Notes under the pieces: generated by a model | Seen by the model: only the letters and a program-made list of their open reading frames with translations | Databases searched by the model: none | What the model was told of the DNA's origin: nothing | Part shown: positions 1 to 10,659 of the stretch, piece by piece | How the letters are laid out: each line of letters starts with the position of its first letter | Numbering within the stretch: the stretch's first letter is position 1 | Position numbers and translations under genes: made by a program | Assembly (NCBI RefSeq): GCF_001194135.2 | Contig: NC_068999.1 | Coordinates: forward strand, 37,952,728 to 37,986,438 | Source: Octopus bimaculoides | Lineage: Eukaryota | DNA: 33,711 nt | Direction of reading: 5' to 3'

Positions 1-372
1 TAGAATTTTCTTCAGGTCGAGTAGCCCATCCCGCTGAAAAGGTCCCTGAATAAGGGTTGTTTAAGGATGTTGAGCAAAGCACCCATGTTTCCAAAGGTGA
101 ATTATTCAAACCCCAAATAATTCCTCTCAACACATGTCTATGATGCTCCCCCACTGCATCTGCTCATGATCAGAGATGCACATATCGTCAGCCACCAAGG
201 GGCATGCTCAACTGGTTAAGGTCAAACAACTGACAAGCAAATCTGTGGTATTGAGCAGAATATTTGCTGTAGCCCATCTTTTTATACCAAGACAAAACAA
301 TGTACATGATAACACTTCCAATCAATTAAGATCAGAAACCATGTTGGCCACTGCCTGGTACTGCATCCGGGC

Positions 373-376
<4 letters not shown>
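1..376. mobile_element. End of a probable interspersed repeat abutting an (ATT)n array; orientation and family uncertain, runs off the window start
   Basis: Complex sequence ending ...GGTACTGCATCCGGGCATTT directly at (ATT)21. It resembles, from memory only, a common octopus repeat found inside (TAA)n arrays. No second copy in the window and no recognisable protein. Confidence 0.35.

Positions 377-439
<63 letters not shown>
377..439. repeat. (ATT)21 microsatellite
   Basis: Perfect trinucleotide array; explains the poly-Ile in ORF 176..526. Confidence 0.98.
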
Positions 440-444
440 GAGCA

Positions 445-600
445 AGGCAGCGAGCAAACAAAATGCTTAGCAGCATTTCGTCCGAGGTCGACTTTGCTTT
501 CGTCCTTCAGCGTCGATAAAATATAAGTACCAGTTGAGTACTAAGGTCCATGTATTCGACGTAACCCCTACTTCGAAATTGCTGGCCTTCTACTCAGAAA
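445..600 (+). mobile_element. SINE family A, internally deleted copy
   Basis: AAATGCTTAGCAGCATTTCGTC, GAGGTCGACTTTGC, GTCGATAAAATATAAGTACCAG and CGAAATTGCTGGCC match the copies at 14531-14700 and 14161-14255. Confidence 0.8.
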
Positions 601-1743
601 TAGGCAGAGAGGAGACTCTCTCTGAAAGATCACGTGGAGCTGAGTATCACTTACGTGGCTGAATGCTATTTGACCGTTAACAATGAATGCTAACACTTTC
701 GCTGCATTCTCAGCAAAACAGCGATTTATCAGAACATTACTTTTGTTTGTTTTTTTTATCCCAGGATTCCTTTACTCGTTGTTTGACACCAGTCCGTTTT
801 AATAGTGCAAAGGGACAAATGCACGCAGTTGTTTTAACCGTGTTCATTTACTGCTCTGTGATTGTGTAATTTAGCTGGCAGTGATCAGTAAGGTTGTTGT
901 GGTGGTAATGTGTGTATTTGCAGTTCCTGTTCTGGTCAGATAGACACATTAATGAATTAAAATGACCCCTTAAAACAGCAGGTCTTGAGTTGAATGACAA
1001 TTATCTGCCAAAAATAGAAGAAGTCCTTAACATCCTTAGACCCATTTCTTACACAGGGTCAGCCATGATTGCAAATTATGGTTACTTAGAGAACTCCAAT
1101 CGTGACCATCGCATTGCCTTTGTGCCTTTTATATCCAGTAACATGCTACTCAATACGCTCCTCATTTACAACATTGTGAGTTCCAGTATAGGATCGGGTT
1201 TTAAAGAAGATCGATCGACAATGTATGGCTTTCATCGAAAATTAGAATCTGTAAATCGTCTTCTCGCATATAATCCAAGGTAAGCTTGGAAAAATTGCAA
1301 AGGTTGCAGTTTTACCTCAACATTTTATTATTTATAGGAAGATTTTCATTTTCCACAAGCTATTTACAATATGTTTGTAGTATATTATCAATAACTGTTT
1401 AAGATTAGGTATAATGTATGCTGCGTTAGCATTTTTCGAGGTCCTCTTCATCTAATTTATAGTCAAAATGCATTTGATTCAGGTAAACCTTTAATACATG
1501 CTTTGTTGATTTTCACTCTGCTCTCTGGTCTTTTGTATTTAGAGAATATTGCTACTTCATTCAAACCAGTTTCGCTTCACGATGAAACGGAGATATCAAA
1601 CAACACTAATAACCTTTAATAACTACCAATAAGCACTTGTGCCAGAAGCTAAAGCTGAAAACTCCTAGAAATGTCGGTCGATCGATGTGAAAACATCATT
1701 TCGAAGCGCAAAATATAATATAACACTATGCATGTATGCAAGT

Positions 1744-1785
<42 letters not shown>

Positions 1786-2212
1786 CATATACATATATAT
1801 ATNNNNNNNNNNNNNNNNNNNNNNNNNNNNNNNNNNNNNNNNNNNNNNNNNNNNNNNNNNNNNNNNNNNNNNNNNNNNNNNNNNNNNNNNNNNNNNNNNN
1901 NNNNNNNNNNNNNNNNNNNNNNNNNNNNNNNNNNNNNNNNNNNNNNNNNNNNNNNNNNNNNNNNNNNNNNNNNNNNNNNNNNNNNNNNNNNNNNNNNNNN
2001 NNNNNNNNNNNNNNNNNNNNNNNNNNNNNNNNNNNNNNNNNNNNNNNNNNNNNNNNNNNNNNNNNNNNNNNNNNNNNNNNNNNNNNNNNNNNNNNNNNNN
2101 NNNNNNNNNNNNNNNNNNNNNNNNNNNNNNNNNNNNNNNNNNNNNNNNNNNNNNNNNNNNNNNNNNNNNNNNNNNNNNNNNNNNNNNNNNNNNNNNNNNN
2201 NNNNNNNNNNNN

Positions 2213-2245
<33 letters not shown>

Positions 2246-2793
2246 TTTCGGGATGGTCGTTTTTTTGTTTTGCTAAACAAACACACACGCTATATATTTT
2301 TTTCTTCACTCGTTTATTACTGTTTTTATTTTATTATTTTAACTCATGTCTATTGTCCGGAAATCTTTCGTCACACATCTGTGACCTCTTCAGACACACT
2401 TTTCCTTTTCCTCTGTGTTCTTGTTCTACTTACTTCATTCTGTTCTTCTAAAAGCCATTACACGGTGGAATAGTTTTTCTCTTTAGCTATTGCAGTAAAT
2501 CCGAGTGGAATATTCAATAAAACATACAGAGTGTTACTCACTGAAAGCCTCATAATATTTGACTAGCGTTAATTTATAATAGATTTCCGGATTACTTGGT
2601 CCTAGTTTTATCCGGAGTTGATCTCATGGTTAATTAAACAAAGAAGAAATATTAATTGTTAAGGAGTACTAATATGACTGAGAATCTTAATGAATGTCGA
2701 AGTGAAATCCGCGTGCAACAGCGATGTTAATTGTCGCCGTGACGTACCAAGATCAAATTCACTTCCAAGCACATGGTTTGCATTAAATATTCA

Positions 2794-2848
2794 AATGAAT
2801 TATATTTTAATCAATTATGCTTCAATCAATTATATTTCAATCGATTAG
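2794..2848. repeat. 15-bp degenerate minisatellite, about 3.7 units
   Basis: AATGAATTATATTTT / AATCAATTATGCTTC / AATCAATTATATTTC / AATCGATTAG. Confidence 0.75.
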
Positions 2849-4663
2849 AAAGTAAAAGTTGTCTCCCTTGCTTTACTTTACCACAACCTAGAATTAATCA
2901 AATTATTTTCTCCCCTCATTGTGGTTTTAATTAATCGAAGTGCTTTTGTTTATTACATTAATTATGCTAATGATGATATTAACATTACTTTAGTCTAGTT
3001 AAGCTTAAATTAGTTTAGAATTTCGTAAATTGGACTATTTCAAAAATCTGAAAAATCTTAATTTGGTTTGATTACTTAGAGACGCTACGTTCATCAAAAC
3101 AAGTAACTTATTATTAGCATATTGAATGATGTGAGTAAAGGTGTTGGACTGACAAAATAAATCATTTGAACATTTTCACCTCCGGTTGTTTACGCTTAGC
3201 GTTGAATTCTCACAGTTTTCAACAATGTCACTCAACCTTGCTGCGTCGATCAAAAAGTAGAGTGAAGTTAACCTACCAAACAATTTCTATCTTTGTGCTT
3301 ATGTTAGAAACAATATATAATTCAGTGAAAGTTAACTACCCTACAAGAGATGCTTATGCTGCAAGGTAAAGTGAACAGCATGTACAAAAATTTAAAGTTC
3401 TTTCGTTAAAGGTAGAAGATAAATCTGAACATATTTCAGTTTTACTAGCTCTTTCAGTAAAGACCGAAACTGTGATGAGAGAATCCATTAAATCGATGCA
3501 AAACTTTGTAATTATATAGACATGGGAAGAAAATTAGAATTTTCAAATCAGAAGGGATCATTGAAACTAATTACTTAAAGGCGCTGTCTTTATGAAAAAC
3601 AACAGTAAATTTAGTGAATTTGTGAATACTGTGAATATTTACTAAAGAGGAATGAGAAATGCCTCAGTTTATGTCATAATACAATCATAGACGGAATCAT
3701 TTCCAAGTGAACATCTTAAACATTAAGATCCATTGCTCGATGGTATAAGTTTTGCTTGTATTTAGCAGCAGTAATTCCGAGTTTTCAATAAAATCTGCAA
3801 TAGAACTAACAGCTACTCAGGGAATGCTTTAATAACATTCACATAACGTCCAATGTACGATGACTTTGCAGAAATGATTAGCTGAGCATATTTAATGCTT
3901 GATAGCATAACTGAAAGCCTTTGAGAAGTTACTCAGCTTAACCGTCCGTATGCTATGCCAAGTGGAATTGTCATTATATAGCGAGATTATGCCTAATCCA
4001 TTCGTTTGCTTCAGGCACACTTCACTTTCAATAGGCCAGCTGACTTAACTATAGCTTTTTCTTGCAGATGGTGTCTATCGGTAATTATTCTCAGAGTTGT
4101 TTACAATCGGGCACGTGCATTCGACACAGTTAATCAGTGTATTAATCTTATTTATATTTGATTCAATTTCTACAATATTCTGACCAACATCCGTTTGCTT
4201 CCTTCTTTCTGAACATTGTCTCCCCCCCCCCATCCATGCCTCATCCTCACACGTAACCCCTATATGGCTTATCACCCTCGCTGGCAACCTCAACCCAACA
4301 CTACATTCCCTCGTCACAATACACCATAACTAGACCAACACCATTTTTCACTCGCTTTATTCGCCGATGAACTCTAACAATAACAAAACAAAAAAAATAA
4401 TCATAATCTTTTTCTCCCCGACGCCAATCGAAATAATCAAAATTCTACCAATATTCTTGGAGAATAATTTGCTACCGATTCCTACCATCACCTTTTTTCC
4501 TCGGGTTCTGCAAAGTGGAAGGTGCACAGCCATTTAAATACGTAAAATATCCTTTTCAACACGATATTCAATTTATCTTATGCAGCCCAACACCTTTTTA
4601 TGTAAACTTCTCTCACTTTATAACATTCTATCTTGAATCTTGGCAACAAATACTTTCCTTGTT

Positions 4664-4664
<1 letters not shown>

Positions 4665-4717
<53 letters not shown>

Positions 4718-4975
4718 TTTCTTTCTTTCTATCACCACGAACACTCATATGCATACATTCATATATGAATAAAGATATAAACACACATATACCTGTATGT
4801 ACGCTTGTATGTATGTATGTATGTATGTATGTATGCATATATGAATGTATGTATGCATGTATGTACGTGTATGTGTATATATATATATGTATAATGAAAC
4901 TTCGATGAAAAGGCATAAATATGTATGTACGTATGCACATACACACATGCACACATACACATGCATGTATATATA
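4665..4975. repeat. Compound microsatellite (TTTC)n + (TATG)n/(TA)n/(CA)n
   Basis: Read directly from the sequence. Confidence 0.95.
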
Positions 4976-5429
4976 AAACATCGTGTTAAAATTGCAATTT
5001 ATAGTTTATATACACTTCTTTATACGAGTTTCTAAGGATAATATATAATGCCTGTTAAATGTATGAATGTATAAATGTATTACTACATATGCGGTAAATT
5101 TATGATAAAATGCTATAAAACTCTATGAATTTTATAAGTATCAAAGCCTAACTACAAATCGAGGTAATAAAATAATATGAGATAATACAGCATATGAAAG
5201 GTGTATTATACGAAATATAATACTGTTCTCTATGAAATGTGTTTGCACATTTCCTCAGAAAAATTGTGAATGCTGTGAAGCTGGTACGACTGCTTCGTGT
5301 AAGAGGCATACATTAAAATGTGCCTCACCAACACCGTAGCTTTCACACTATCTTTCTTCCATCGCTATAGAGCCATGGTGCGTTATGAATAAGAGATATT
5401 TCGTGATTTCAAGAGGGTTTTGTTGAACA

Positions 5430-5572
5430 TCGTATACGTACATGTGTATATGTGTATGCATATACGTATATACACATACACACACACATATATATATATG
5501 TATATGTATGTATACATACATACATACATATATATATGTATGTATACATATATATGTATATACATATATATA
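5430..5572. repeat. Compound (TA)/(CA)/(CATA) microsatellite
   Basis: Read directly from the sequence. Confidence 0.9.
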
Positions 5573-5964
5573 ATATTTTTCTAATGTATCTACATTCACA
5601 CATCCATGCATGCAGACAGGCGTACACTCATCCTTACATCAATAGATTCGTTTATACAACTCATTCACAAACGTCTATAATAAGATCCGCCTCTGATCTT
5701 GATCCTCTTTCATAAATTCCTCCATTCCTGCACTTTTTTTTTCCTTCCATGAATTAACAGCTTTACCATGATTTCACTATCCCCAACCGATAACTGTGGT
5801 GTTTAAATATCCCTAATCCAGCCTTAACAGCTTTGCTATGTAAAAGACCGAATCATTTAGCTCGGCTACGAGAGAGCTTTTATTGAACCATTCGATCCGT
5901 TATAAATTTTTACAAATTGCGCGTGGCTCACAACAAGCAGTTTTAGATGGAGGTGTTGAGTCTA

Positions 5965-6056
5965 CCACAACGATGCCACTACTTTGACTGATCCTTTGTT
6001 GTCGAATTCGAAGTGATGAAAAGTAAAGTTGACATCTGCAGGATTTGAATTCACAC
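5965..6056 (-). mobile_element. SINE family A, old degenerate fragment
   Basis: GTCGAATTCGAAGTGATGAAAAGTAAAGTTGACATCTGCAGGATTTGAATTCAC aligns to the reverse complement of 14587-14640. Confidence 0.65.
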
Positions 6057-6351
6057 CAATAAATAACAGTTAAATCTGCCTCAAATCACGCGCTTTCGTC
6101 CTAAATAAGTAAGCTCCAAGTTCGATCAAGAATGTTGTAGTATTCGTTTTAGGGAAAACTTTTGAACAGAATGTTTCCTCGGTCATTGCTTATCTATAAA
6201 CAACATCCACAACCACAAGGGAAATTAAGCCAATGGAAGTAGTTCTTTGAGTTTGCCGGAGTTGCTGGACACAGCAGGGCGGTGGATCCTCAAAGGACAC
6301 CTTGGTCATCTTAATAACTTTTTAATGAAAGGATTCATTAGATAGCAGAGT

Positions 6352-6389
6352 CATCTCTCTCTCTCAATCACTTTCTCTATCTGTGTGTG

Positions 6390-6428
<39 letters not shown>

Positions 6429-6490
6429 TCCTCTCCCTCTCTCTCTCCCTCTCTCTCTTTCTTCCCCCTCTCCCCCTCTCTCTCTTCTTG
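6352..6490. repeat. (CT)n/(GT)n low-complexity tract
   Basis: Read directly from the sequence. Confidence 0.9.
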
Positions 6491-6857
6491 TTCCATGCTT
6501 ACTGAGTCAGCAGTTAGGAATCTTTTTACCGAAATATTATGATCCGAACTTTGGAGGGAAAGATACAGTAATAATTTTCCAGTGACTTCCCCTCTTTTAT
6601 TTCTAGATTACTCTGTCAACCTCCTGCTCTACTGGGCCCACCTTTGAGATGCAGGGTGCATTTGATCCTAAGGTATTGTAACTCGTTTACGAGAAACCAG
6701 AACAGGCCTACACAATTGTGGGTCTACTCGACGTACGATTAGATGCCAACCCTCTTCCCAAATATTTTGGTCACAGGACTTTTTTTGCTATTTGAACCGT
6801 AGCTGGCTCATTTGACGGGTACTAAGCGGACTCGGCAACAGTAATGAAGAGAGGTAC

Positions 6858-6863
6858 CTCTCC

Positions 6864-6894
<31 letters not shown>

Positions 6895-6997
6895 CCATCC
6901 CGCCCTCACCACCACCACCAACACCATCCCGCACACTCCGCCACCAACACCCTCCGCCAACAACACCCTCCGCCACCAACACCCTCCACCACCAACA
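6858..6997. repeat. (CAC)n/(CAA)n microsatellite followed by a 16-bp minisatellite (CCCTCCGCCACCAACA x4, 6934-6997)
   Basis: Units at 6934, 6950, 6966 and 6982. Confidence 0.9.
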
Positions 6998-7140
6998 CCC
7001 TGATCTGGAGCTACACNNNNNNNNNNACACCATCCCGCACACTCCGCCACCAACACCCTGATCTGGAGCTACACTACAGGATGCAGCTTAATGTCTTGCC
7101 AAGGGTAACTACAGATTCATTAAACAGGGAAGGTCACGGT

Positions 7141-7531
7141 TACTCTTACTCTTACTTGTTTCAGTCATTTGACTGTGGCCATGCTGGAGCACCACCTTTT
7201 AGTCGAGCAGATCGACCCCAGGACTTATTCTTTGGAAGCCTAGTACTTATTCTATCGGTCTCTTTTTGCCGAGCCGCTAAGTTACGGGGACCTAAAGACA
7301 CCACCATCGGTTGTCAAGCGATGGTGGGGGACACACACAGACACACAAACACATATACATACGTATATATATATATACATATATACGACGTCTACCAAAT
7401 CCACTCACAAGGCTTTGGTCGGCCCGAGGCTATAGTAGAAGACACTTGCCCAAGGTGCCACGCAGTGGGACTGAACCCGGAACCATGTGGTTGGTAAGCA
7501 AGCTACTTACCACACAGCCACTCCTACGCCT
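7141..7531 (-). mobile_element. tRNA-derived SINE family B, near full length
   Basis: The minus strand starts AGGCGTAGGAGTGGCTGTGTGGTAAG (A box) and has GGTTCAGTCCC (B box), an internal (TA/TG) microsatellite and a (TAAGAG)n-like tail. Related copies lie at 11962, 19885, 22503, 28241 and 29611. Confidence 0.92.
7467..7520 (-). promoter_or_regulatory. Internal RNA polymerase III type-2 promoter (A and B boxes) of SINE B
   Basis: A box TGGCTGTGTGG (7520-7510) and B box GGTTCAGTCCC (7477-7467), with tRNA-like spacing. Confidence 0.75.
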
Positions 7532-7879
7532 TTCATTACAGTTTTGTCCAGGTAAAGCTGACCTGACGCTTAAACAGCAGCAACAACAGCATCAACAACA
7601 AAACAAATCAGTGGCTGGAACAGCAACAACAAGGAGAGAAAATAAAATGAAAGGGCAAGAAACAACATGAAGCATTCTATTAATCACACACGCACACACG
7701 CACACACGCACACACACACATACGCACACACAAACAGATACACATACATACACACGATATCTGTATGTATGTGCGTGTATGTGTGTGTGTGTATGTATGT
7801 GTTTTCTACGTATATACCTTTTCCTTGTTGGTTGCCATAAAATACTGATATATAATTTGTTATGCATCTCCCTCCAACA

Positions 7880-8345
7880 TCACCATTTCTTTTCCTTCTG
7901 TTTCTTATCTTTCTTTCTTACTCTCTCTCTCTCTCTCTCATTTATCTCCCTTTATTTCTCTTCCTTCTTTCCTCCATTTTTTACTTCATTTCCTTTTCAT
8001 TTTTTTCTTTGTTCCTTCACTTTTTCTTTTAGTTTTCATTAATTTTATTGTTGTGCGTGTTATTCTCTCATTCGGCCCCTTTCTTTCATTTCGATTCTTC
8101 GTTCGTTTATTCTTTCTTTCCTCCTTTTCTTCATTCGTTCATTTCTTCTTTCCTTCCTTCCTTCCTTTCCCTCTTCAAGTGTTTCTATCTTATAATCTTT
8201 CAAGTTTCTTTTCTTTCTCAGTTGATTTCATTCTACATTCTGTCTCTTTCACAGCCTGCACTACTTTAATCTCTTTCTTTGTCTCTTATTGTCTTCCACC
8301 TTCCTTCCTTCATTCCACCTCTTCTTAAATTCTCCCAACTTCTTA
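7880..8345. repeat. Long polypyrimidine low-complexity tract
   Basis: About 460 nt dominated by C/T. Confidence 0.85.
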
Positions 8346-9114
8346 CATTCTAGGTCATTCTGTTTGAAAATATTCCATTGACTGTGAAACGCTTGATATA
8401 CAAGCAAGAACTAAATAAAAACCACTGTAGGGAGAGTGAAAAGCAACAAAAATATTCTAAAAGACAACAACAACAACAACAGTAATATTCAAACACAGTT
8501 AAAACATAGAAATCGAGAGTAAAAATAACGAAAAAACAAAGAAACAAACGGGAACAACATGAACACAATATAATTATCGCTGATTACGATGTTTCCTTCT
8601 TGGCTTCTGTTTATTATCCAAACACCCAACCCTCGCATGTACACATAGATACAAACGTATATATATATATTTCTATGTATATACGGATATATGTGTATGT
8701 GTGTGCGTATGCATGTATGTGTGAGTGTGTGCACTTGTGTGTGTGAGAGAGCGTGTTCGCGTGTTTGATTTATTAAAGCCTCAAAAAAAAAAAATGCCTT
8801 CTGTTAAATTCTAAGACGATTGTTCTACAAGGTTGTAAACATTTCTTGTCAGGAAAGTAAAAGGGAGAGAGGTAGAGAGAGAGGGTGAGAGTGACAGGCA
8901 GGTAGACAGACAGAAAGAAAGTGAAAAGGTGGGAGAGGGGTAGGAAGAGAAAAGAAATGTAAAGGAATTGGTCTTTTAATGATACCAAAGATTAATTTCT
9001 TGCAAATATTTATTTTTTAATAAGAATATTAAAAAGCCATAAAATCTCTCTACGCTCAGTAGAGGTTTTGCTCTCCTTATCGCTCACTGCTTCCTTTTTA
9101 CATTCTAACCATAA

Positions 9115-9115
<1 letters not shown>

Positions 9116-9145
<30 letters not shown>

Positions 9146-9182
9146 CATACATACATACATACATACATACATTCATACATAC
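9116..9182. repeat. (ACAT)n microsatellite
   Basis: Read directly from the sequence. Confidence 0.95.
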
Positions 9183-9352
9183 GTACGTATATACATGATG
9201 CATGTACGTATCTCTCCAGGGTTACCTCCCTTCGGTATTTCCCGTTGAGCAAGGGTACAAAGCTAGAAACACGCGTCCGAGAACTCAAAGAGAGAAACAC
9301 TCAGCAAATATGGTATTTTTAAGCCTTTTACCATAAGCCGGATTTTTTTGTT

Positions 9353-9745
9353 CACGATAATTCCAAAGAATTTGCGTTTAGGGATTAAAATATGCCACAA
9401 GCATATTTTAACTAATCTAAAGATTGATTATTCCAGATCACTGCTTGAATCTGATGCTGCCGTTTTTATTCTGATCAGGCGATCCACTAGTGCTACTAAA
9501 TCACTCATTTTGACTGCTTTCTCGATAAAGCTGTGGCTTTGAATCTGCCCAGAGTCATCTCCCTTCCGTATTTCCCAACGAGGAAGGCCAAATGCCAAGA
9601 AGGCACGACTGAGAAACCGATAGAGGAAACCAGTGGACGCATATAGAGTATTTACAACTTTTACTGCAAGAGATAATTTTTTCACCACGATAACTACAGT
9701 GAATCTGATCTTAAGATTTGAAATATGCCACAAACATATTTTAAC
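9353..9745. repeat. Diverged direct repeat, 60-bp blocks 333 nt apart
   Basis: 9353-9412 vs 9686-9745: 47/60 identical without gaps by hand alignment, with core AAATATGCCACAA(G/A)CATATTTTAAC. Confidence 0.85.
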
Positions 9746-10619
9746 AAACATTATGTCCGTTTATGGCTGACTCCGATGCTGTTTTGCATGTATGCTTGNN
9801 NNNNNNNNNNNNNNNNNNNNNNNNNNNNNNNNNNNNNNNNNNNNNNNNNNNNNNNNNNNNNNNNNNNNNNNNNNNNNNNNNNNNNNNNNNNNNNNNNNNN
9901 NNNNNNNNNNNNNNNNNNNNNNNNNNNNNNNNNNNNNNNNNNNNNNNNNNNNNNNNNNNNNNNNNNNNNNNNNNNNNNNNNNNNNNNNNNNNNNNNNNNN
10001 NNNNNNNNNNNNNNNNNNNNNNNNNNNNNNNNNNNNNNNNNNNNNNNNNNNNNNNNNNNNNNNNNNNNNNNNNNNNNNNNNNNNNNNNNNNNNNNNNNNN
10101 NNNNNNNNNNNNNNNNNNNNNNNNNNNNNNNNNNNNNNNNNNNNNNNNNNNNNNNNNNNNNNNNNNNNNNNNNNNNNNNNNNNNNNNNNNNNNNNNNNNN
10201 NNNNNNNNNNNNNNNNNNNNNNNNNNNNNNNNNNNNNNNNNNNNNNNNNNNNNNNNNNNNNNNNNNNNNNNNNNNNNNNNNNNNNNNNNNNNNNNNNNNN
10301 NNNNNNNNNNNNNNNNNNNNNNNNNNNNNNNNNNNNNNNNNNNNNNNNNNNNNNNNNNNNNNNNNNNNNNNNNNNNNNNNNNNNNNNNNNNNNNNNNNNN
10401 NNNNNNNNNNNNNNNNNNNNNNNNNNNNNNNNNNNNNNNNNNNNNNNNNNNNNNNNNNNNNNNNNNNNNNNNNNNNNNNNNNNNNNNNNNNNNNNNNNNN
10501 NNNNNNNNNNNNNNNNNNNNNNNNNNNNNNNNNNNNNNNNNNNNNNNNNNNNNNNNNNNNNNNNNNNNNNNNNNNNNNNNNNNNNNNNNNNNNNNNNNNN
10601 NNNNNNNNNTATATATATG

Positions 10620-10659
<40 letters not shown>

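Noticed and set aside
1-376. HDV-like ribozyme at the putative element 5' end
   Set aside because: I could not find the L3-type TCCTCG core or a nested double pseudoknot by eye.
4067-4160. Acceptor CTTTTTCTTGCAG followed by ...RAFDTVNQ (RT-like AFDTVN)
   Set aside because: The motif is too short, no RT context surrounds it, and there is no convincing donor.
7455-7531. tRNA gene
   Set aside because: A and B boxes are present, but the head continues into a multi-copy SINE body and I cannot build a full cloverleaf. The same applies to 11550-11613.
8353-8485. Exon after the long pyrimidine tract (VILFENIPLTVK...QQQQ*)
   Set aside because: It runs into a (CAA)n repeat with no donor and no recognisable homology; acceptor-like sites are expected by chance after such a tract.
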